Shown here: positions 44,065-52,719 of the stretch, in pieces | How the letters are laid out: each line of letters starts with the position of its first letter | Position numbering within the stretch: position 1 is the stretch's first letter | Source: Lewinellaceae bacterium | Lineage (GTDB): Bacteria > Bacteroidota > Bacteroidia > Chitinophagales > Saprospiraceae | DNA: 64,000 nucleotides | Direction of reading: 5' to 3' | Assembly (NCBI GenBank): GCA_020636435.1 | Contig: JACJXX010000002.1 | Coordinates: 2,722,921-2,786,920 of the forward strand | Program-made: the position numbers and the translations under genes | The notes under the pieces: generated by a model | Database searches by the model: none | Told to the model about the DNA's origin: nothing | The model's input: only the letters and a program-made list of their open reading frames with translations

Positions 44065-44883
44065 ATGATCCAATACCGCACCCCCAACGTCACCGTCTTC
44101 GAAAGCGCCCTCTACCGCACCACCAGCACCGTTCTTCAGACAGAGGACATTGTGCTTGTCGTAGACCCCAGCTGGTTGCCGGCAGAGGTCAGCCGCATCC
44201 GGCAGTTCGTGCAGGAGAGTCGACGCGGCAGACCTCTGTACCTGCTCTTCACCCATTCCGACTACGACCACATCCTGGGCTGGCAGGCTTTTCCGGAGGC
44301 CACTGCAATCGCTTCCAAAGCCTTTGTCAACAACCCAAACAAGGAAGAAACCCTGGAGCAAATCCGGCAGTTCGATGAGGAGTACTACATCCGCCGAAAT
44401 TACCCCATTGCTTATCCGGAAGTAGACATTGTAATCTCCGAAGACGGGCAGGTAGCTGAGCTGGGGCAGACCCGCATGCGCTTTTTCCCGGCGCCTGGCC
44501 ATACCGCCGACGGCTTGTTTACCCTGGTAGAAAACACCGCCACCTGGATTGCCGGCGATTACCTCAGCAATATGGAGTTCCCTTTTGTTTATGACAGCAG
44601 CCTCGCCTACGAAGAAACATTGCAGAAAGCCCAACGCATCATTGAAGCGTACGAACCCGCCCTGCTCATTCCCGGCCATGGCGATGCTACTTCCCGCCCG
44701 GCTGAAATGCGGTGGCGCTGTACCGAGTCTTTGGAATACCTGCACAACCTCCGGCAAGCCGCCCGCTCCGGCGAGCCGTTTCCCGAGGAGAAACTCTGGA
44801 AGCGCTATGGGAATAAAAGGGGGCTGGCCGGGCCGCATCGGGAAAATTTGGAGTTTGTGAGGAAGGAGATGGAGGGTTCTTGA
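44065..44883 (+). CDS. MBL-fold metallo-hydrolase
   Basis: 272 aa. The metal motif is LLFTHSDYDHILGW, with downstream APGHTADG and PGHG. Confidence 0.8.
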   Translation: MIQYRTPNVTVFESALYRTTSTVLQTEDIVLVVDPSWLPAEVSRIRQFVQESRRGRPLYLLFTHSDYDHILGWQAFPEATAIASKAFVNNPNKEETLEQIRQFDEEYYIRRNYPIAYPEVDIVISEDGQVAELGQTRMRFFPAPGHTADGLFTLVENTATWIAGDYLSNMEFPFVYDSSLAYEETLQKAQRIIEAYEPALLIPGHGDATSRPAEMRWRCTESLEYLHNLRQAARSGEPFPEEKLWKRYGNKRGLAGPHRENLEFVRKEMEGS

Positions 44884-44948
44884 GCTCCCGGAATGTCTTT
44901 ACATAGCAGCTTTGCCTACCCAATCAACTAATTTTACCAGGCTCATAG

Positions 44949-45124
44949 TTCTACTTTGTTAACTTAACAGGAGCGCGGACCTCCAGGTCCGCGAAGGCTG
45001 CCTTTGGCAGCCCTTTAAAAGGCAATATCGTACTAAAAACCTGCTTCAAGCAGGTTTACGCGGACCTGGAGGTCCGCGCTCCAGGCTCTCCGGCCATGCG
45101 GAATTTTAAGTTGACAAAGTAGAA
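44949..45124. mobile_element. family B element, copy B3 (176 bp)
   Basis: TIRs are TTCTACTTTGTTAACTTAA and TTAAGTTGACAAAGTAGAA. The 4-bp TSD ATAG is perfect, at 44945-44948 and 45125-45128. The interior is collinear with B2 minus element Q. Confidence 0.85.
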
Positions 45125-45139
45125 ATAGAGACGGTCAAC

Positions 45140-46183
45140 TTATTCAACCAACCCACTAACCCCCATCAAATTCCCCAACCTATAAGCCAGCAACGCCCCC
45201 GCCTGCCCATCCCGGGCGTGTCCCAGTCCGGCTACCCCGCACAGGCCGAAACCGATGATCTCCAATTCTGCATCCAGCAGGCGTTTGACGAGGTATAGGG
45301 CTTCCTCGATCTCAAAGCCGCCGGGCATGGTGTGGGAAGCATTGGGGCCGTATTGAGGTTTCAGGGCGTCGATGTCGAAACTGAGGTATACCCGATCGGG
45401 CAGGCCGCGGATGATGTCGCCGCAGATTTGGCTGAAGGCATGGCCCCGGTAGAGGCGGCGGCGGATGTCATGATCGTGGAAAACGGAGATGTGCTCCCGG
45501 CTGTGGGCCGTTTTTTCTTCCTGCGGGAAAGCGCAGCGGATGCCGGCCAGGGAGAGCTGTTTCAGGCTATCGAAGTGCAGGGCATGAGCAAACAGGGTTT
45601 CCGGAGAACAAGCCGGGCCGGGCCAGGAAGCATTCAACCCCATGCGGGCGCCGAGGTGCAGAATGCCGAACTCCGTGTACCGCTCGGCCAGCGCCTGCAG
45701 CAGGCCCAATTGGGCGCTGCTGTCTCCTCCGATGAGGCCTACCCGTTTTTTCTGATCCAGCAGAGCATTGGCCTCCTGTTTGAGCCATTTTTGCAAAACG
45801 GCAATTTCTTTGTCGATCTCTTCGAAAGAAGTTTGTACATAACCGTCTTTGGGGGAGGCTTTTCCGTTTTCAGCAAAAAGAGTGACGGACGCCGTTTTTT
45901 CCAGAAGTTGGCGGCACCGCTCCGCCATAGGCTCTTCGGGCAGCCGCAGGCACAGGCCAGCCTGCGGCGCATCCGGGTCGTAGGGAGACAGGAGGTAAGA
46001 AGCCTCCAGGATGTTGGCGGCGGCGGTTGAGGCGTTGCTGTCCAAATGGATGCCGCTGCCCCAGGGGGCGGAAAGCAGCACCACTTCCGCTTCTGCTTCG
46101 GTAAAGGGCAGGCCCATGAAGTGGCCGTTGCGTTGGCGGGGCGCGTCGGGGTTGAATTTTCCGGCCTTCTCGGCTTTGTTCAT
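45140..46183 (-). CDS. arginase-fold, agmatinase-like protein lacking four of six Mn ligands
   Basis: ATG at 46183 (MNKAEKAGKFNPD...). It reads GGDSS where the family has GGDHS. Exactly 23-27 residues later it reads GARMG where DAHxD is expected. SFDID is retained. Confidence 0.8.
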   Translation of the reverse strand: MNKAEKAGKFNPDAPRQRNGHFMGLPFTEAEAEVVLLSAPWGSGIHLDSNASTAAANILEASYLLSPYDPDAPQAGLCLRLPEEPMAERCRQLLEKTASVTLFAENGKASPKDGYVQTSFEEIDKEIAVLQKWLKQEANALLDQKKRVGLIGGDSSAQLGLLQALAERYTEFGILHLGARMGLNASWPGPACSPETLFAHALHFDSLKQLSLAGIRCAFPQEEKTAHSREHISVFHDHDIRRRLYRGHAFSQICGDIIRGLPDRVYLSFDIDALKPQYGPNASHTMPGGFEIEEALYLVKRLLDAELEIIGFGLCGVAGLGHARDGQAGALLAYRLGNLMGVSGLVE

Positions 46184-46270
46184 AGTATGAGGGATTATGA
46201 TGTTGGCAAGATATTTATACGGGCTTTTGATTTTACTTGTTGCATGGCCCAATTGCCGCTTCAAAATAAC

Positions 46271-46278
46271 TACATTTG
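46271..46278 (+). promoter_or_regulatory. candidate -7 box TACATTTG
   Basis: Exact TAnnTTTG match, 38 nt upstream of ATG 46317. Confidence 0.4.
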
Positions 46279-46316
46279 CGTGAAAATAGGCAAGAACTAA
46301 AATTCTGATTTGTGTT

Positions 46317-47525
46317 ATGTCAAAAGTCCTGATCATTGGCGCAGGCGGAGTAGGGCGGGTAGTCGCCTACAAATGCGCCCAGCACCCGGAAGTTTTTTCG
46401 GAAATCCTGCTGGCCAGCCGCACCCAGTCCAAATGCGACGACATCGTTGCGGATGTGAAACGAGATACCGGCCATTCCAAAATGCAAACGGCGAAAGTGG
46501 ATGCCGGCAATGTGCCCGAGTTGGTGCAGTTGATCCGAAAATTTGAGCCGAAGATGGTCATCCACGTGGCCCTGCCTTATCAGGACCTGACCATCATGGA
46601 CGCCTGCCTGGAAACCGGCGTGCACTACCTCGATACGGCCAATTATGAGCCTAAAGACGAGGCCAAGTTCGAATACAGCTGGCAATGGGCCTATCAGGAC
46701 AGGTTTAAAGAAAAAGGCCTGCTGGCAGTGCTGGGCTGTGGCTTCGACCCGGGAGTGACCAGCATCTTTACCGCCCGTGCCGCCAAACACCATTTCGATG
46801 AAATCCATTACCTGGACATCGTCGATTGCAATGCCGGCGATCACGGAAAGGCATTCGCCACCAACTTCAACCCGGAGATCAACATCCGCGAGGTCACTCA
46901 GAAAGGGCGTTATTACGAAAACGGCAAATGGGTGGAAACCGAGCCCCACGAGATCAGCAGAATGCTGACCTACCCGGAGATCGGGCCGAAGAACTCCTTC
47001 GTCATTTACCACGAAGAGCTGGAATCGCTGGTCAAGAACTTCCCCACGCTCAAGCGCGCCCGCTTTTGGATGACCTTCGGCGAAGAATACCTTACCCACC
47101 TGCGGGTGATCCAGAATATCGGCATGTCCCGCATCGACCCGGTCAAATACAAAGGGGTGGATGTCATCCCTCTGGAATTCCTCAAAGCAGTGTTGCCCGA
47201 CCCGGGCGAACTGGGAGAGAACTATACCGGACATACCTCCATCGGCTGCCGCATCCGGGGCATTAAGGACGGAAAGGAGCGCACGTACTACATCTGGAAC
47301 AATTGCAGCCACGAGGCAGCTTATAAGGAGACTGGCGCTCAGGGGGTGTCTTATACCACCGGCGTGCCGGCTGCGCTGGGCGCCATGATGATGCTCGCCG
47401 GCAAGTGGGCCGGCCAGGGCGTTTTTAATGTAGAAGAGTTCAACCCGGACCCCTTCCTGGACCAGCTCGGCCAGATGGGCCTGCCCTGGGAGGAGGAGTT
47501 TGATTTGGATTTGGAGATGGATTGA
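46317..47525 (+). CDS. carboxynorspermidine/carboxyspermidine dehydrogenase (saccharopine dehydrogenase fold)
   Basis: 402 aa. The N-terminus is MSKVLIIGAGGVGRVVAYKCAQHPEVFSEILLASR. It is followed by the decarboxylase gene. Confidence 0.85.
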   Translation: MSKVLIIGAGGVGRVVAYKCAQHPEVFSEILLASRTQSKCDDIVADVKRDTGHSKMQTAKVDAGNVPELVQLIRKFEPKMVIHVALPYQDLTIMDACLETGVHYLDTANYEPKDEAKFEYSWQWAYQDRFKEKGLLAVLGCGFDPGVTSIFTARAAKHHFDEIHYLDIVDCNAGDHGKAFATNFNPEINIREVTQKGRYYENGKWVETEPHEISRMLTYPEIGPKNSFVIYHEELESLVKNFPTLKRARFWMTFGEEYLTHLRVIQNIGMSRIDPVKYKGVDVIPLEFLKAVLPDPGELGENYTGHTSIGCRIRGIKDGKERTYYIWNNCSHEAAYKETGAQGVSYTTGVPAALGAMMMLAGKWAGQGVFNVEEFNPDPFLDQLGQMGLPWEEEFDLDLEMD

Positions 47526-47533
47526 GGGGGGGG

Positions 47534-47589
47534 CAGTGTATCAGTGTATCAGTGTTGCAGTGTATCAGTGTATCAGTGTTGCAATGTTC
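47534..47589. repeat. octamer word array (CAGTGTWK) x7
   Basis: Reads cagtgtat cagtgtat cagtgttg cagtgtat cagtgtat cagtgttg caatgttc, which is also a 24-nt higher-order repeat x2. It lies between the dehydrogenase stop and the decarboxylase start. Confidence 0.9.
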
Positions 47590-47619
47590 TCCTAATGTGA
47601 AAAGGTGGAACAAGAATTT

Positions 47620-48756
47620 ATGATCGACTATAAAAAGATACCATCCCCGGCATTTGTGCTGGACGAGAAGCTGCTGCGGCAGAACCTGGAGCTGATCCGG
47701 GGCGTGCAGGAGCGCGCCGGGGTGTCCATCATTCTGGCGCTGAAGGGGTTTTCCATGTGGAAGGTGTTTCCCATGGTAGCCGAATACCTGAAGGGGGCGA
47801 CAGCCAGCTCGTTGCATGAAGCGCGGCTGATCTACGAGGAGATGGGCGTACGGGCCCATACGTATTCCCCCGCCTATATTCCGGAGGAGTTTGAAGAGAT
47901 CAAACGCTACAGCAGCCACCTTACGTTCAACTCCCTGAACCAGTATCACTTGTATAAGGAGAAGTTGGCAGGCGCCTCCCACCAGATTTCCCCTGGCCTG
48001 CGGGTCAACCCCGAGTATTCGGAAGTAGAGGTAGACTTGTACAACCCCGCTGCTAAAGGCTCCCGCCTGGGCGAAGCGCCGGACAATTTCGGCGATTCGC
48101 TGCCGGCAGGCATCGAGGGGCTGCACTTCCACACCCTCTGCGAATCCTCCTCCTACGACCTGGAGAAGGTGCTGGCGGCTTTCGAAAAGCACTACAGCCG
48201 TTTCTTCCCGCAACTCAAGTGGGTAAACTTCGGCGGAGGCCACCTGATGACCCGCCAGGGGTACGACATCGATCACCTCGTCGGGCTTTTGAAGGCCTTC
48301 CGGGAGAAGCATGGCCTGGAAGTCATCCTGGAGCCAGGCAGCGCCATCGCCTGGGAAACCGGAGACCTGGTTTCCACAGTGCTGGATATTACTAACAACC
48401 GGGGCGTTAAAACCGCCATCGTCGACGTATCCTTCACCGCTCACATGCCGGACACACTAGAGATGCCCTACCGCCCCCGCATTGCAGGCGCTACTGACGT
48501 CCAGCCCGGCAAGCCTGCCTACCGCATCGGCGGCGTCAGTTGCCTGGCCGGCGATTATATGGAGGCTTATTCCTTCGAAAAGGAACTGCAAATAGGCCAT
48601 CAGGTTATTTTTAAAGACATGATCCATTATACCATGGTGAAAACGAGCACCTTCAATGGCGTCAGGCATCCCAGTATCTGTATCTGGCATGAGGACGGCA
48701 CCTTAGAAGTAGTGCGGGCGTTCGGTTACGAGGATTTTAAAGGGCGCTTGTCCTAG
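47620..48756 (+). CDS. nspC: carboxynorspermidine/carboxyspermidine decarboxylase
   Basis: ATG at 47620 (MIDYKKIPSPAFVLDEKLLRQNLELI); a GTG at 47605 is possible. It has a PLP-dependent decarboxylase fold-III-like pattern. Confidence 0.85.
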   Translation: MIDYKKIPSPAFVLDEKLLRQNLELIRGVQERAGVSIILALKGFSMWKVFPMVAEYLKGATASSLHEARLIYEEMGVRAHTYSPAYIPEEFEEIKRYSSHLTFNSLNQYHLYKEKLAGASHQISPGLRVNPEYSEVEVDLYNPAAKGSRLGEAPDNFGDSLPAGIEGLHFHTLCESSSYDLEKVLAAFEKHYSRFFPQLKWVNFGGGHLMTRQGYDIDHLVGLLKAFREKHGLEVILEPGSAIAWETGDLVSTVLDITNNRGVKTAIVDVSFTAHMPDTLEMPYRPRIAGATDVQPGKPAYRIGGVSCLAGDYMEAYSFEKELQIGHQVIFKDMIHYTMVKTSTFNGVRHPSICIWHEDGTLEVVRAFGYEDFKGRLS

Positions 48757-48947
48757 CCTCGTGTCGCGATCATCCTTGCCTCCGCAGGCAGAAGCCTGCC
48801 AGTGCAGGCGAAGGCCTGATCGCAAGATCGCAAGACAGTACGCGAAGTTACTTCGTTGCCGGGCTCTTTGTTGACAGTTGTTCGTTGTTTGTTGCCCGAG
48901 CGGTTGGGGTTGTCGAACCAACAACCAACAACAACCAACAAACAACC
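48757..48947. repeat. composite palindromic word region P
   Basis: It starts with CCTCGTGTCGCGATCATCCT, the same word as the ribB 3' end at 32086. It then has GATCGCAA x2, followed by a GTTGTT-word arm (48867-48894) facing a CAACAA-word arm (48916-48947). Confidence 0.7.
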
Positions 48948-48976
48948 GAGTTACATCACATCCTGAACCAAGACCC

Positions 48977-49831
48977 TTGACCATCGACCAGGCATACCAC
49001 CAACTCACCGCTACCCTGGAAAAGCTCTACGCCCCCGGCGAAGCGAAGAGCATCGCCCGTATCGTTTTTGAAGATGCCTTCAACATCTATAACTTCCGCC
49101 GGCAGGACGCCCTGCCTCCCGAACAGGCAACCCACTTACAGCAAATGACTACCCGCTTGCTGGCCCACGAGCCGGTCCAGTACATCCTGGGCATGGCGGA
49201 TTTTTACGACCTCAAATTCAAAGTTGATGCCCGCGTACTGATCCCCCGCCCGGAAACGGAAGAGCTGGTGCACTGGATGCTGGAAACGCTGGAAAAGAAG
49301 GAACTGAAAATACTGGATATCGGCACCGGCAGTGGATGTATCCCCATTGCCCTTAAGAAACACCGCCCGGAATGGGAAGCCTGGGCCATAGACATCAGCC
49401 CGGAAGCCCTGGAACTGGCAAAGGAAAACGCCCGGCTGAATGGGGTGGAGGTGTCCTTTCAGCAAGTGGATATTTTGGATGAAGCCCAATGGGCCGGGCT
49501 GGGCCGGTTTGATGCCATTGTCAGCAATCCGCCCTATATCCCGGAGCGGGAGGCCGGCCTGATGCCGGAAAACGTGAAGCGCTATGAGCCTCGCCAGGCT
49601 TTGTTTGTAGGCAATGAAGACCCTCTGGTCTTTTACCGGGCCATTGCTTTATTGGCCAGCCAGCACCTTCGGCCAAGGGGATGGCTCTTCTTCGAAACCA
49701 ATGAGTTTAATGCAGCCGAGGTGGCGGAAATTGTTCGCAACCAAGGCTTTAAGGAGGTTGAGTTGAAGCAAGATTTGAGCAAGAAGGAGCGGATGGTGCG
49801 GGGGAGGGGGGGTATGATGTTTGATGTTTGA
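48977..49831 (+). CDS. prmC: peptide chain release factor N5-glutamine methyltransferase
   Basis: Motifs are DIGTGSGCI and SNPPYIP. A TTG at 48977 gives (M)TIDQAYHQLTATLEKLY. The track ATG at 48878 lies inside repeat region P. Confidence 0.8.
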   Translation: MTIDQAYHQLTATLEKLYAPGEAKSIARIVFEDAFNIYNFRRQDALPPEQATHLQQMTTRLLAHEPVQYILGMADFYDLKFKVDARVLIPRPETEELVHWMLETLEKKELKILDIGTGSGCIPIALKKHRPEWEAWAIDISPEALELAKENARLNGVEVSFQQVDILDEAQWAGLGRFDAIVSNPPYIPEREAGLMPENVKRYEPRQALFVGNEDPLVFYRAIALLASQHLRPRGWLFFETNEFNAAEVAEIVRNQGFKEVELKQDLSKKERMVRGRGGMMFDV

Positions 49832-50011
49832 TTTGCGATGTGCTGGAGGTGGCCCGCCTGGAAGTTCCCTGCCGGAAGGCCAAAAATCAAACGGGATGGG
49901 TATAAAAAGAGCGCTCTAAGGCGAAGCCTTCCCGGAAGGCCCAACCTGGGAAAAAGGTGTCGCCTTCATCTCAGGCTACTCTGGTTTTCCGTTTCCGGAC
50001 TGCCCGTCCCG

Positions 50012-50689
50012 TCAAAAAAACGACTCCACCAACTCCACCAGCACTTCATTCAGCTTTTCAATAGCCAGCGGAACATCCCAGTTCTCCCGGTTCCGGGCCT
50101 CGACGTAATTAGAAATAGCCCGAATCTCCAGAAACGGAATGCCCTCCGACAAGCAGGCGTAAAAAAAAGCAGCCCCCTCCATGCTCTCCACCTCCGCCTC
50201 CGGGTACTTCGCCCGGATGGCCTCGATGTCGGGCGGATAACCGTGCACTTTGTTGACGCTGATGCCCTGGGCGGCAGGAAGGAAGGCAAATTGACTGGCT
50301 GCTTCATTGACGAGCTTGCCTTCCGCAAATGGCCCTTCGTTAGCCTCGATCAACCCCAGTTCATGGACGTCCGTAAAGCCGCCGCTGGCCTCCTGCACGC
50401 CCAGGTCGGCGAAGCGCTCGCTGGCCACCTGCACTACGTCGCCGATTTGCAGCCCGCGGTTTAAGGCCCCGGCAATGCCGGCGTTGATGGCCAGGTGCAC
50501 CTCCTTGCCGGCCAGCACTTTGCCCATGCCGTATGCCATCAGCGGCAGGCCCACGCCAGTAACCAGAACGGAGGCTTCCATTTCTCCCTTCTGGAAAGCG
50601 AAGTGCCCGCTGGGGATGAATTTTTTATTCAGGTAGTTGAGCAGGGGCTGGATTTCGAAGGGGGTGGCGGCGGCGAATAGGATGTTCAT
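50012..50689 (-). CDS. nucleoside phosphorylase-fold protein, futalosine hydrolase (MqnB)-like
   Basis: 225 aa. The N-terminus MNILFAAATPFEIQPLL and the overall PNP_UDP_1-like pattern support the call. The specific assignment is from memory of family length and N-terminus. Confidence 0.6.
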   Translation of the reverse strand: MNILFAAATPFEIQPLLNYLNKKFIPSGHFAFQKGEMEASVLVTGVGLPLMAYGMGKVLAGKEVHLAINAGIAGALNRGLQIGDVVQVASERFADLGVQEASGGFTDVHELGLIEANEGPFAEGKLVNEAASQFAFLPAAQGISVNKVHGYPPDIEAIRAKYPEAEVESMEGAAFFYACLSEGIPFLEIRAISNYVEARNRENWDVPLAIEKLNEVLVELVESFF

Positions 50690-50753
50690 GAAGAGGGTTT
50701 TGATAATTTGAAGCCTTTGAGGTTTAGAACGTATTTGTTTAGTACTTCAGTTT

Positions 50754-50927
50754 GATGCTCACTGCTTTCGGCTTTGCCGAAGGCAGTGATGCTACGCCCT
50801 AAGGGCGGTTGATGCTATTGATGCTCAAACGGGGCTATCCACGACGGCGGATAAACATCAACCGGCCCGAAGGGACTTGGTATCCTTTTGAGCTTTCATA
50901 GCTCAAAAGCAGAGCATCAATAGCATC
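50754..50927. repeat. GATGCT-punctuated hairpin cluster O
   Basis: GATGCT occurs four times on the plus strand, and twice more as AGCATC in the distal arm. It separates the hairpins CACTGCTTTCGG/CCGAAGGCAGTG and CGCCC/GGGCG. An outer 16-bp perfect inverted repeat joins GATGCTATTGATGCTC (50811-50826) and GAGCATCAATAGCATC (50912-50927). Confidence 0.75.
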
Positions 50928-50932
50928 GGGCA

Positions 50933-51742
50933 TCATTTATTAAAAATGATGCCCGCAGCGGGCGTAAAGCCCAGCACCTGGTGATAGCTGGATGCAATAT
51001 CAAGGCGCAGCCCGTTGGGCAGGGCGTACCCCAGGCCAAAGCTCATGGAGGTAGGCTGGGTAGCTGCGCCCAGCCGCAGGAAAAGCGGTTCGGCGATCTG
51101 GTACTCCACGCCGAATTTGGCACGGGCGGCATAGTCGATGTCCTTTTCCAGTTCGGCCAGCAGGGTCAGTTTATCGGAAGGCAGGTAGCTCAGCCCCAGC
51201 TTTAAGACGGTGGGCAGGTTGTCTTCGTTCGTCACCTGTATCCGGGCGGGGCTGAACAGGTGGAAACCCAGGTTCAACTGCGGCAAGAGTTCCGCCAGGG
51301 CACCCACTTCGAAAGTGAAAACGGCTTTGTTTCCATACTCCGGAATACGCGTATTCAGCATCAGGAACTGTGCGCCGATGGATAATTTTTCCAGTAGCTT
51401 GCGCCCGTAAGCCAGGCCGATCCGCTGTTCGTTGTATTGGTCGAAACCAAAGTAATGCAGGGTCAGCCCGAAGGTTCCCGAAGCCGTGGGCAGGGCGGCG
51501 CCCAATCCGATGGACCGGATTTCGCTTACCAGGAACCGCTGTTCGCCGTAGGCCGTTATCGCCATGCTTTCCAGGTGCGCCAGACCGGCCTGGTTGGCAA
51601 AAATGCTGTTGATGTCGGTGAAGGTGGCGCCAGTTTGCCCCATGGCCACGGCCCGGGCGCCGGCTGCCGGCGGAGCGCCGTTTTGGGCATTTAGGCAATG
51701 GAAGCCGGATAGAAAGAGCAGGATGTAGAAGTATTTCATCAT
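50933..51742 (-). CDS. PorV/PorQ-family outer-membrane beta-barrel
   Basis: ATG at 51742 (MMKYFYILLFLSGFHCLNAQ). It has the motif GARAVAMGQTGATFTDINSIFANQAGLA, typical of the PorV/PorQ family, and C-terminal aromatic barrel strands. Confidence 0.7.
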   Translation of the reverse strand: MMKYFYILLFLSGFHCLNAQNGAPPAAGARAVAMGQTGATFTDINSIFANQAGLAHLESMAITAYGEQRFLVSEIRSIGLGAALPTASGTFGLTLHYFGFDQYNEQRIGLAYGRKLLEKLSIGAQFLMLNTRIPEYGNKAVFTFEVGALAELLPQLNLGFHLFSPARIQVTNEDNLPTVLKLGLSYLPSDKLTLLAELEKDIDYAARAKFGVEYQIAEPLFLRLGAATQPTSMSFGLGYALPNGLRLDIASSYHQVLGFTPAAGIIFNK

Positions 51743-51838
51743 CTGGTTGTATTGTTCGCCCGGCATAGCCGGCGGCTGTATGGTTATTTTGGGAGTGTCC
51801 AACGTTCTGTGTCCGAAGTTCGAAATCACGTCATAAAA

Positions 51839-52549
51839 TCACCCCTTTTCCCCTTCCTCTTCCAACGTCGCCTTCCGGGCCTTTTTCTGCTCGTTATTGC
51901 TCTCGTAGATGCAGTAGTTTTCGTACTTCACCGGGTCGCGTTCCACCCAGATGTCCTTGCCGATATTGCAGAGGGTGATCAGTTCGTCGTACAATTTGTT
52001 GCCCTGTTCGATGCGGCGCTCCACGGAGATGTCGCGGTCGGCAACCTTGTCCTGCTGGATGTTGACGGCCATTTCAAAATCGCGGGTGGCGTCCGTCACT
52101 CTTTTGATCACATTTTCATTTACGCCCACATCCGCCAGGAAGTCGATCTGCTGGCGCGCCACGCGCACCACCCGGCGGCCGCAGAAGATGAGCTGGGCGT
52201 CGGTCATGTCGCCCATTTTGGCGGTGCCGAATTTACGGTAGCGGCCGCTTCGGTTGTTGTACTTTATTTTCACCCGCGTCATCAGGCTGCGGATGGCGGT
52301 TTTCAGGCTCTCGGCCGCCTTGTATTTTTTGTCGGTGGTGATCATCTGGTCGCCCAGCAGCTCGTCGTCGTCAGGCAGGCCGCGGAACTTGCCGCACAAA
52401 GCCTGGAAGCCCTTCAGGCGGTCGATGTCATAACCGTATTGAGTGAACAGGGCCAGGTCGCGCTGGGCGTATTTGATGCGTTCCACGCATTGCAGGTAAA
52501 GGTCGGCATCGGGAAAGTTGTACTGGCGGTGGGCGCTTTGCTTTTTCAT
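51839..52549 (-). CDS. hypothetical cytoplasmic protein
   Basis: 236 aa with K/E/D/Y-rich real-looking composition. The overlapping plus-strand ORF is A/V/G/H-rich shadow sequence. No motif recognised. Confidence 0.65.
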   Translation of the reverse strand: MKKQSAHRQYNFPDADLYLQCVERIKYAQRDLALFTQYGYDIDRLKGFQALCGKFRGLPDDDELLGDQMITTDKKYKAAESLKTAIRSLMTRVKIKYNNRSGRYRKFGTAKMGDMTDAQLIFCGRRVVRVARQQIDFLADVGVNENVIKRVTDATRDFEMAVNIQQDKVADRDISVERRIEQGNKLYDELITLCNIGKDIWVERDPVKYENYCIYESNNEQKKARKATLEEEGEKG

Positions 52550-52572
52550 CTTATCGCGATTTGATGATAAAG

Positions 52573-52580
52573 CAAATTTA
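52573..52580 (-). promoter_or_regulatory. candidate -7 box (TAAATTTG on minus strand)
   Basis: Exact TAnnTTTG match, 23 nt upstream of the start at 52549. Confidence 0.4.
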
Positions 52581-52680
52581 TGTCATGTTCTTGATAAAAA
52601 CAAGTTTTTGCAAAGGCGAAAACTTAATGGGTTTATTTGAAGGCGACATTTACTCAGGCAAGGTTTTCTGTCTTGCCAAG

Positions 52681-52716
52681 CCTAAACCTAAACCTGAACC
52701 TCCACCTGAACCTCAC
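52681..52716. repeat. hexamer word array (CCTNNA) x6
   Basis: Reads cctaaa cctaaa cctgaa cctcca cctgaa cctcac. It ends 3 nt before the stop codon complement of the acyltransferase-like gene. Confidence 0.8.
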
Positions 52717-52719
52717 TCT

